From: Nitrospirota bacterium
Lineage (GTDB): Bacteria > Nitrospirota > UBA9217
Reading direction: 5' to 3'
DNA length: 64,000 nucleotides
NCBI GenBank assembly: GCA_963749655.1
Contig: CAVVOB010000012.1
Span: forward strand, 205,502-269,501
Positions within the stretch are counted from its first letter, which is position 1. Every line of letters begins with the position of its first letter. The notes under the pieces are model-generated. The model searched no databases and was not told the DNA's origin. It saw only the letters and a list, made by a program, of their open reading frames with translations. Of the stretch, positions 54,509-64,000 are shown in pieces. The position numbers and the translations under genes are program-made.

Positions 54509-55514
54509 ATGACATACTGTATTTCTGCCCTACAAGGATGCCGGATCGCGGCGCAAATTTTTTTTATCGTTCTGTTCATCGTCTTTTCAGGCTGGTCGAA
54601 AACAGAGGGCGCTCCCAAGGGGCTCGCTGCAGTGCCCGGTCCGGCCGCGGCCGAGGGCGAGCTCGTGCAACCAATCCTGGCATTTGCCTGGAGCGGCGAG
54701 CCTCACCTCGATCTCAAAACGAAGTATCCCGTCTACAACGCCCTCGACGGCAATTTGGCCACCACCTGGGTGGCGAACGGGCAGACGGCGATCATCGAGT
54801 ATGAGCCCGCGATCGTGAAGTCCGTCGCGCTCATTCCCGGGCTACGCCAAGAGCGGGCCGCTGTGGCAAGCCAACCGCCGGCCCACACGGATCCGCTTCC
54901 GCCTCTACCGTGAAGAGGCCGGGGGAGCGCGTGCCGCGGCCGGGCCTTTTGTCGAGGTTACTCTCGACGCGCCGGCGACCCTGCCGCGTGCGGATATGCT
55001 CTGGGCCCGCATCCCGGTGAATGACACCGCCCCGAGCGTTGCCATCGAGCTCCAGGTCGTCGAAGGCTCGAAGGGCGAGGCGAAGTCGGACGATATCTGC
55101 ATCACCGAGATCGCATTGATCGGCGCGGCGCAATCAGCGCAGCCGGCCGGCTGCAAGCCGGTCGTGAAGACCTGGAGCATCGTTGAAACCTCCAGTGCCC
55201 TGGGGATCGACCTGCAGGACCGTCTGGCAGCGCCTTTCGATACCATCTCCTTCGAGGATTGCACCTACGAGCACAGCTTCACCGGGGGCGCGCATCGCAG
55301 CTTCTCCGGCAAATGCCGTGTCGAGGGCAAAGCAAAAGAGGGAGCGGGCGAGATCCGGTATCGCTTCGAGGGGCAAGAGGAACTGAGTGAGGGAACGCCG
55401 CGGATCGAAAAAGCTGAGGTGCGGCGAACGATCGGCTTTCGGCGTTTCGGACAGCGCCTCGCCGAGATCGACGGCTTGCTCTTCAGCGGCCGCGTCGACT
55501 ACCTCTGCCCGTAG
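54509..55514 (+). CDS. exported discoidin/galactose-binding-like domain protein (frameshift near 54845)
   Basis: YPVYNALDGNLATTWV...ICITEIAL; AGGAG RBS. Confidence 0.65.
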
Positions 55515-55668
55515 GCTGACGTGACGGCATTCAGTTGTCCTTCACGGGAAGACTAGGCGCAAAAATTAAATTCAACTCAAAAGGGTAGAATATCACGACA
55601 TAAGGCCGGAACGCACAGAGACGGCAAAAACAAATGGGATTATTGAATTCATTCATGATCACAGCTTT

Positions 55669-55720
55669 CTTTGCGGCTTTGCGGCTTTGCGCGAGACGAT
55701 TCCGGCTTGTCCGGGTTGGG
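55669..55720. repeat. CTTTGCGG tandem arm plus TTCCGGCTTGTCCGGGTT end
   Basis: Same end as 22437-22454. Confidence 0.75.
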
Positions 55721-55731
55721 AGACGATCACC

Positions 55732-57254
55732 ATGATAAGCACGTATCAGGCCAAGCCTTCATCGTTTCAACGCTGCACAGCCCGGGCGCTGTCCGTTCTC
55801 CTGTGCTGCTGTCGATCGTCGCATCGGATGCTGTTGCGGCGCTCGATCCCGGATCGCCGCTCGAGTCCGTTCTCAATTCCGGGTCCCGGACCACGCCGCC
55901 GCTCGTCTGCACACCGGAAATTTTGCAGCGTCTCTCCGCGGGCGAGCTCAGGCTCATGCGCAACTTCGTTTTCGCCCGACATGGCCGGGCCTTTGCCGCA
56001 GAAGACCTCAAGGCCCTCTTCGGCAGTCTTGCCTGGTACCGCCCTGATCCGGGATACAGCGACGCCAGACTCGGCCCGGAGGACAAGGCCTGTGTAGACG
56101 CCGCTGCGGCGGCCGAGGCCCGGGCCAAGAGCGGGGGCGCGGCGCCGGTCTCGGCAGCGGCTCCGCCCGCGGCCTGTGCGGCTCGCGGTGCAGGGCGGCT
56201 ATCGCGATGCAACAGGAACTCTCGTTCTGCAGCGCGTCGGAGCTTCCTTTGCGGAAGGGCTCGCGGCAGTCAACGACCGGGAGAGTGGAAAGACCGGATA
56301 CATGGACACGAGCGGTAAGATGGTGATCAAGGCGGCATTACGACGAAGGCGGTCCGTTCTCCGAAGGGTTCGCGGCAGTGCGCGTCGGCAAGAAATGGGG
56401 CTTCATCGATCGCACAGGCAAGTGGATCGTGCGGCCCCGGTTCGCTCTCGCACGGGAGTTCCATGAAGGCCGCGCGTGGGTGTGGGATGAAGGCGCCTGG
56501 AGCTACGTCGACGTCAGCGGCAATGTCGTGATCCGTTCACCTTGCCCCCTTATCCCCTGTCAGGTTGCGGGTCAGGGCGGGAGCGAGCGGGTCTGGCGCA
56601 AGGCCTGCAGCGACACTGGTTATGTCGAGGTCAAGGGCGCTGCCGGCAAATCCATCTGGCTCAAAGAGGATGCAGAACTCGGATTCGTCGGCGCCCCGGG
56701 GTGCAGGGACGCCCGCGACTTCTCTGACGGTCTGGCAGCGGTGCAGATCGACGGACAATTCGGGTTCATCGACCGGACCGGCAAGCTCGCAGTGCCGGCA
56801 ACGTTCGCCGATGTCGGCGATTTCAGCGAAGGCCTTGCCTGGGTGTTCGATGCGCACGCCGCTCCCGCCCCCCGTTACTTCTTCATCGACAAACAAGGGA
56901 CGTGAGGCGCTGCAGCCGGCGCGTCAAGCCTCGGGCATCGGCCCGTTTCGCCGCGGCCTCGCCGCTTTCAGCGACGGGGGATCGTGGGGCTTCATCGACC
57001 GCCAGGGGCGCATTGCGATCCCTCCCAAGTTCGACAAGGTGGAGCCGTTCGACTGCGAGCTGGCGGCGGCGAAATTGCGCGACGGCGCATGGGGGCTGAT
57101 CGACCGCGCCGGGGCATTCGTTGTTAAGCCCCGCTTTTCCGACCCGCCGCGCTGCTACGCCGGCTTTCTGGAGGTTCAGCTCCTGGAGGGGCTGAGCGGG
57201 GTCACTTACTGGATCGACGCCAAGGGGAACTTTGTCGGTCCAAAGCCGCGTTGA
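55732..57254 (+). CDS. YARHG-domain and WG-repeat protein (several frameshifts)
   Basis: LRLMRNFVFARHG; repeated FSEGLA.V....WGFIDR.G. Confidence 0.82.
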
Positions 57255-57396
57255 CGTTGAGCAGGCCTGCCCTGGGCCATGGCAATAAAAAAAGTTGACC
57301 GTAGCGCGGGCGGCATCGTGAAGTCCATGGCCGCGTCGGCCATTTTACGAATTCATCTAACTACTGGGTCCAATCCCACGCTTCCGGAGGTGTCTT

Positions 57397-59663
57397 ATGC
57401 ACGCATTGCCACACGGTTTTTTGTCACGACCGGTCCCCAGGTCCATCGGCGCCGGCCTTTTGGCCCTGATTTTCTTTTTCTCGGCCGCGCCGGCTGTTGC
57501 CGGAACGCATTGGAGTCACTCTGTCATCGGGTTCTCTCCCGACGGCAGGTATGCTGCCCTGGAACAATCCGGGAGTGGTCGATGGGATCGGAATGCCGGA
57601 CTGCTTTGTGGAGCTCTACGATCTTGATGCCAACACAAGGAACGATGTTCGCCCTGCTGCCCCGGCGGGTACAGCGCGGCCGATGCAGACCTGCGATGAA
57701 GCGCGTGAGTACGCCCGTGCCGCACTCAAAGGTTACGGCATCGACAAAAAGCACCAGGGGTCGACGCTGACCCTCGATCCGCAGTCGGGCGAGCCGGACC
57801 CGGACGGCACGGCGCGGAAGATAACGGCCATGGACTTTCTGTACAAGAACAAAGCGTGCCGCCTGAAGCTGTACAAGAAGTCCGACGAGGGCAATAACCC
57901 CTGGGGCCGCACGATGATAAACTGGAACGTGGGCCTCTCCTGCGGCAATGAAAAGGAGCGAATGATCCTGTCCGAGGAATGGTCGAACTTCAGCGTGAAA
58001 ATCGAAGAAGCCCGGATCGTGGGCGACCGGCTGGTGCTGTTCCCCGCCACCACCTATCAGGATTTCGAGGAACCCGGATCATCAACAGGCGTCATCGGCA
58101 TTGTTATCGACCAGACGCCTCCCGAGGGTATCAAGCTCGATGATGGAGGTCTCGGTTTCAGCGACGGCGGAGACCTGTTCGGATACTGGTTGAGCGGCGC
58201 GGACAGGCGACCGGAACAGCCGAGGCTTCCCTGCGGGTATTTCATCCGTTCTTCCGGACGACGGAAGGGACGTTCTGAAGGAATCCGAAACCGGGCCCGA
58301 GATCAGCGATCCCAAGGCCGTTTTGGCAAAGTTGAAGGAGCGGATGAAGGGGAAGCTCGCTGAACTCAAGCTCGGCAACGATCCGGGTGCGGAACTCTAC
58401 AAGTCCGGCACCGCGGTGAGTACGAAGATCCTTATTAACGGCAAGACGTACAAGGTCGATCTCAAGACGGCGACCACGTCCGATGATACGAATATACCGG
58501 TCCAGGTCGTCCTGACGAAGCCTGACAATTCGGTTCTTACGCTTCAAGACGCCACTCTGGGGTACAACCGCTCGTTGAACACGATCAGGCTTTCCAGGGA
58601 CAAGAATTCCGTTGCCGTAGTCACCAAGTACAGCGTCCAGGGTGCCTCCGGCGAGGACCGCACCTATTCCGCGGCCTTTGCCCGGCTGGGCGCGGCGGCT
58701 GCAGCTCCGGTTGCGGCTGCTGCTCCGGTTGCGACTGCTGCTCCTCCTCTTCCTCCGGTTCAGGAACTTCTGGGGAAACCGGGCCTCGTAAGATCATTCA
58801 GCGCAGCCGATAACGTGCTCTGTATGGCCCTGAGCCCCGATGGAAAGATTGTTGCTACAGGTTTTAATAACGGGACGGTCAAGCTCTGGGACCTCGACGG
58901 CAAGCTGCTGAAGACGCTCAAGGGACATACGGACTGGATAAGCAGCATATCCTTCAGCCCCGACGGGACCATGATCGCGACAGGCCAGGGCACGCAGCAG
59001 CTGGACAGCGACCGATGGGTCAAGCTCTGGCGAACGGACGGGAAACTCCTCTGGTCAATGCCCGGCACCGACATGATCTTCAGCCCTGACTCGAAGTCCG
59101 TGGCCTACATCAGGGAAGGCAAATCAGGGACACTGGAGACCATCAAGGGGAAGACCCTGGCGAACCTGGGCAACACGTCCTTGATCGCCATAAGCCCTGA
59201 CGGGAAGATGATCGCGACAGCGCATTCCGTCTGCAATGACAAGTGCCGCGACAAAGTGTTCTTTTTGAATGAAAAAGGGAAAAAGATCAGCGACCTGGCC
59301 CCGTTCACCTTCCCCATCGCCGTTGTCTTCGGTCCTGACGGGAAAACGGTCCTTTTCCTGTCCAATGAAATCAACGCCTCCTCTACTCCGCGCCTGGGGA
59401 GCGTCGACGGGAGGTTAGGCGGGTTCCTCCGTGGCCACACCGGAATCGTCGGGACCGCGGCCTTCAGCCCAGACGGAAGGATGATCGCAACGGGAGCTGA
59501 TGACAAGACCGTCAAGCTGTGGAACAGCGACGGGGTACTGCTCGAAACGCTGACCGGTCATGCCGATGAGGTGAGAGGCGTGGCTTTTACTCCCGACGGG
59601 AAAATGCTCGTTACCGGGTCCAAGGACAAGACGGTGAAGATCTGGAACTTGAATGTTCCGTGA
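57397..59663 (+). CDS. exported DUF2259-like plus WD40 protein (frameshifts)
   Basis: Signal peptide, VIGFSPDGRY..EQSG..DG.G.P; Ala/Pro linker; C-terminal WD40 repeats. Confidence 0.75.
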
Positions 59664-59752
59664 CGACGGCACGCAGTGTCCGTTGCAGAAGGTAAGACCC
59701 CGACGGCGGGGTCAGGTTGTTGATAATTCACTCTTTGGACAAGGAGAATCCC

Positions 59753-61150
59753 ATGACACAAGACATCGGCAGCGCTGCTGCGGCAGCATCCCTTCCCGGC
59801 ATCGGCGACCTCCTCACCCGCGGATGGAAGATTTACCGGTCCCGGCCGGGACGGTTCATCGCGTTGATGCTCATCGGCTTACTCGCCACGGTGCTGGCGA
59901 CAACGGCTGTTTTTGCCGTCCTGGTCTTTACCTACGAGAAGATCAAATACACTACTTCCTACTCCCTGCTGCAGATATTCAGTAATGCGGCGCTCACCCT
60001 GATGGCGTGCGTTTTTTTAGCGGCATCGACGTTTTCGTTTTTTGCGCTTCTTGCGGCCGCAATAGACGAGGGCGCAACGGTGGGCACGGCGCTCAAGGCC
60101 GGCCTGCGAAAAATTCTTCCGGGATTATGGATCATGCTTGCGTCCTCGGTCCTGATCATGGGCGGCTCGCTGATTTTCATTGTTCCCGGCATCGTGCTCG
60201 CGGTCTGGTTCGCTTTCAGCCCGGTCATTGTCGCGTCAGGCGAGGCGCGAGGTCTGAACGCCCTTCTCCGGAGCAAGGCCGCGGTCAAAGGCCGTTGGTT
60301 CCCGGTATTCGGCAGATTGTTCCTCCTGAACCTTCTGGCCTCGGTCCTGTCCGCAACGATCATCGGCATCCTGCTGCTCCCCCTGCCTCTCATCTGCCTT
60401 TCCCTGCTTTACCGGGACCTGAAGGAGCGCGCCCCGGAGCTGCCGGAGACGAGTCCGGCAGCGGCCAAGTTCAAGGTCGCCGGTTTCGCGGCAGCGGGGT
60501 ATGTCGCGGCAATCGCTCTTGTCGTGATCTTTCCGCAAATGCGGCAACAAACGGCGCTTGTGTCCCAGCCGTACGCCCCTGTCCAGCCATCCGCGCCGGT
60601 CCAGCCGCCGACGGTGTTCATGGTAGTGACCGCCCCGTTCGTCGAAGTCTTCGATTCAGACGGGACTGACGCGAAAATCATCGGCACGATTTCCCGTGCA
60701 GAACAGGTGAGACTGCTCGAGAAGGGAGAGAAGATGTTCAAGATCCACTATTCGACCCCGAGCGGGGAAGATGACCTTGTCGGCTGGGTCGATGGAGCCG
60801 GCCTGGCCTACCCTGAAACAGAACAGGCGCCTGAGTCCGCATCGATCGTCGGCACCTGGTGCGGGCAGAACGAGCAGCCCGGGAGCGGCTGCTACCGGTT
60901 CTCCGAGGACGGAACAGTCGGTATCGAATGTCCCATGTGCTTCCACGGGACCTGGACGCAACAGGGCGACACCGTCTCGATCTCTCTCGAAGGCCCGGAC
61001 CAGGGACCGGCGGGCGAACGGCTCGAACCCGTTTATTATTCCGGCACCATGACCTTGCAAAGCAACAACAACAGCATGGTCGCCGACTTCCCGAAGGGTG
61101 ACGGGAGCGGCCACAACGAGGGCGGGACCTGGATGGTATATCGGCAGTAA
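59753..61150 (+). CDS. multi-pass membrane protein with C-terminal SH3-like and Cys module
   Basis: Six to seven TM segments (ALLRSK..VKGRWF); C-terminus paralogous to 44506-44790. Confidence 0.82.
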   Translation: MTQDIGSAAAAASLPGIGDLLTRGWKIYRSRPGRFIALMLIGLLATVLATTAVFAVLVFTYEKIKYTTSYSLLQIFSNAALTLMACVFLAASTFSFFALLAAAIDEGATVGTALKAGLRKILPGLWIMLASSVLIMGGSLIFIVPGIVLAVWFAFSPVIVASGEARGLNALLRSKAAVKGRWFPVFGRLFLLNLLASVLSATIIGILLLPLPLICLSLLYRDLKERAPELPETSPAAAKFKVAGFAAAGYVAAIALVVIFPQMRQQTALVSQPYAPVQPSAPVQPPTVFMVVTAPFVEVFDSDGTDAKIIGTISRAEQVRLLEKGEKMFKIHYSTPSGEDDLVGWVDGAGLAYPETEQAPESASIVGTWCGQNEQPGSGCYRFSEDGTVGIECPMCFHGTWTQQGDTVSISLEGPDQGPAGERLEPVYYSGTMTLQSNNNSMVADFPKGDGSGHNEGGTWMVYRQ

Positions 61151-61422
61151 ACAGAACGCCGCAGGCAGGCCGTTTGGTCCAACGCCCAAGACCTGGAGCT
61201 CGGAAACGGATGCTCTTTGAAGATCAACGAGTCGGAGGATGCGGTCTCCTCCCTGTTTCCGTGCGGCGGGCAGACCTCAGGGTCGGCCGAGGTGAGTTTT
61301 GCCGGCATCGGCGAGGAGAATATCCGGAAGGCGAAACTCCGCGAGGGAATCGAAATATAGTTCATCACTGCCTGGGAGCGGGGCTCGACCGCACAGGTCG
61401 GATATATTAAGGAGGATTCCAT

Positions 61423-62365
61423 ATGCCGTTCATGCGTACTGTTGTATCGATGGTTTTTCTTTTGTTCTTTCTCGCCGGATGCACCAAGGGATGTTCGGGA
61501 ACGCAGAAAGACACCACTGCCGGCAGCGCTGTGCAGCCCACGTCGAAACCGACTGTGTCCTTCCGGATCGTCCCGTCCGGCGTGGAGTGCGTAGCCGGAC
61601 AAGCCTGCCAGGACCGCGATATCCTGGAGCTCGGCGATCTCAGCAGAGACCTCGCACAGCCGATCGACTGGACCAAAGAAGCCGACGCCTGGCAGGTCAA
61701 CCACGATTTCGAGGCGAACCTTAAAAAGGCGCAGGAGGAGAACAAGCTTTCCGTGAGCTGCGACACGGAGCAGATCAAGAGCCTTTACCGGACGCGCCAG
61801 AGGCTCTTTTACATCCTTCACAAGCTGACTGAGGAGGACGAGCGGTGGAGGGACAGGGGATGGCTCCACAACCGTTCTTATTATGAATTTTTTATTTCTC
61901 CACGACGCGGCCCGGCTCGCCCGGCTCTTCGGGGTGCTGAACAACGTCCGGGCGGATGTCGGGATCACTGATCAGGGGCTGGCCTCGGACTGGCGGCTCT
62001 TCGCTTCGGAGCTTCTGCGGTACCGCGCCATGGTCCTGTCCGTTCCCGACTGGGAGAAGCGCTTCGACGAGCTCGTGAAAAGCGAACGCAACCTCGTGGC
62101 TGGCGCCCCGTTCCATGAAGCCGGGTTCCCGAAGACGGACGACGCCTGCCATCATTTACCCTGGATCTTCGGAGGCAATTATATCGTCGGGTACGACCAT
62201 GGGCTCGAGGGATGGTTCTATTCCTTTTGGGTGCGCAGGCACAAGGAAGGCACCATGGACGTAGTGAAGGACCTGCTGGAATGGGGTGTTGCCGCAGTCC
62301 CCGCTGCTCCGGGCAATACTGCGGAATTTGCCTGGTCCAAGGCCGCTCCTGTGGCAGCCCCGTGA
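61423..62365 (+). CDS. lipoprotein sharing a domain with gene 51198 (frameshift near 61895)
   Basis: Lipobox LAGC; RLFASELLRYRAM..SVPDW..FD.L...GWFYSFWVRR..EGTMD. Confidence 0.8.
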
Positions 62366-62416
62366 GCAACGATGAGCAGGCAGGAAGCAGCCGGCTTCAG
62401 GAAGCTGGGGACACAG

Positions 62417-62445
62417 AACGCCTTGTAATGGCAGGGCGTTTTTTT
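62417..62445 (+). terminator. probable intrinsic terminator
   Basis: Stem AACGCCTTG/CAGGGCGTT followed by T run. Confidence 0.55.
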
Positions 62446-62567
62446 CGGAGGGACATGCCATGAGAGTCTCACACGCCGCACAGCCGTCATTGATGGATTC
62501 TTCATCTGCCCGTAGGCTGATGGCGATGGACTTCGGACAAAATACAATCTTTTAAAGGAGCTCTTGT

Positions 62568-63322
62568 ATGACGATCAAGGATATGAAAGAGGTTGGTGTG
62601 ATCTGCCTCGTTGCCGGGTTCTGCGTTTTCCATGGCGCCCAGGGAACGGCGCACGCGGCAAGCTTCGACTGCAAAAAGGCCAAGGCGCCGATCGAGATAG
62701 CGATCTGTGTTGACAAGGATATCTCCGCGCTTGATGAGCAGCTCGCGTCGAAATACAAAGCGCTGCTCAAGACCCTCGATGAGGCCGGGAAAGGTGTGGT
62801 GAAGAAGGAACAGAAGTACTGGTTGAAGAATATTCGCGGTCATGCCATGGTGGAGAACGGCCCGCGCTGGACCTGGACAGATACCCAGCAGGGCGACGTC
62901 GTGTCGCTCAAGACCCGGTATCAAAAGCGGCTGCAGGACCTCGAACTGAAAAAGAAGATGGTGGAGGGCGGCTATCGGATGCTTTCGGGCGTGTATGTGA
63001 TACCAACCGAATGTATTGCGCCTATCCAGGACTATGTGCCTGCAGCGGCCGTGGACGAATTGAAACTGGAATTTAAAACGGACAAACTTGCGGTGTCCAT
63101 CAGGTCGATCGGCGGGTCCTGCAACATCTGCTCTCTGGAAGGGATCGCGGAAAAACAGCCGGATGGCGCGTATCTGCTGACGGAACAGGATTGCCGCATG
63201 ACCTTTGCTGTCAAGGATAGGAAGATCATGGTCTCCGAGAAAGACTGCGAGATCATTCTGCGGCGCGGGAGCGGAATTTTTCCCCGGAGTTTCCGCTCAT
63301 CGGCATCACCAGCGGAAAATGA
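62568..63322 (+). CDS. LprI/DUF1311 lysozyme-inhibitor-like exported protein (3' end uncertain, frameshifted)
   Basis: ASFDCKKA...EIAIC....SALD..L...Y....EQKYWL. Confidence 0.8.
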
Positions 63323-63401
63323 TCGGGAAGGCGCCGGTCCGCAGCGCCTGCGGCGGCGTTTGATAAGCAACGGCAGTAACCTTTTGGAGGAGAAACATCC
63401 C

Positions 63402-64000
63402 ATGAAAGTCAAGATCGTTGCAGCATGTATGACAGCGCTGCTGCTCCTGTCGGGACCGCAGGCGTCCTCTGCCGCGGACCTGAAAGAGGCGGGCGGCAAG
63501 CTCTGGCGGATCGTCTCCGGCAAGAACGCCAGGGACCAGAAGGACGTGACGGACCTGCTCGAAAAATGGCTGGCCGCTCAGAACAGCGGCAACTTCGGCG
63601 TTTACGAGTCCTGCTATGCGGCCCGTTTCCAGGGCGTGCGCAGGACCGGAACTTCACGCTGCGCCTCGACCGGGCCGGTGGCCGCGGGACCCGGCAGGAT
63701 GTTCAAGAAGCCCATGACCGTGCAGATGGACGGGGTGGAGATCGTGCTCAAGCCCTCGAGCGCGGTGGTCGCTTCGCGCAGACCTGGGCGTCGGGCACGT
63801 ACAAGGACGTGGGGCCGAAGGAGATGGTGGTTCCGCAGGAAGGGGCGACCTGGAAGATCGCCCGCGAGGAGCTGCTGCGGTCGAACGTGGTGTCCGGGAG
63901 GAAAGGGAAGGTCTACGGCGTACGGAGGGGGAGCGGTTCTTCTTTGCGGGAGCTGGGCTCAACGCTGCACCTGATCCTGGACCCGATTCCTGGTTCCACG
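63402..64000 (+). CDS. exported protein with NTF2-like domain (partial, frameshifted)
   Basis: GGAGGAG RBS, signal peptide similar to 51198; LLEKWLAAQNSGNF..Y..CYA..F. Confidence 0.65.

Noticed and set aside
62568-63974. Single 468-aa ORF joining LprI to the next protein
   Set aside because: An internal RBS, ATG and signal peptide at 63402 indicate two genes merged by a frameshift

Overview
GC-rich bacterial chromosomal segment. Gene content (sigma-54 regulator, DUF3786, hemerythrin, PAS proteins, LpxC) suggests a diderm anaerobe such as Nitrospirota or Desulfobacterota; this is inference only. Many long genes are broken by 1-bp frameshifts, most likely uncorrected long-read indels, so they are reported as single genes. 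Layout: (1) 0.3-22 kb: AmpG-like permease, AEC transporter, FAD oxidoreductase, a sodium:solute-symporter/histidine-kinase plus sigma-54 regulator pair split by an inverted-repeat-bounded GxxExxY cassette, a PTS-EIIA/P-type ATPase fusion, PAS, DUF3786 and outer-membrane genes, and an Lhr helicase. (2) 22-27 kb: a REP-rich plastic zone with truncated genes. (3) 28-37 kb: xseB-ispA-dxs..tlyA and a receiver-domain/LpxC fusion. (4) 37-44 kb: MalT/BTAD-type regulator with in-frame repeat insertions, PilZ-REC, FeS-DUF3786. (5) 44-64 kb: a co-oriented array of about 16 mostly exported or membrane proteins that share leader and domain modules and are interspersed with orphan gene ends. No rRNA, tRNA, CRISPR array, integrase, transposase or reverse transcriptase was recognised. 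Best candidates for undescribed biology: the GxxExxY cassette with its gene-less palindromic relatives, the module-shuffling exported-protein array, REC-LpxC, and the EIIA-fused Na/K-type ATPase.
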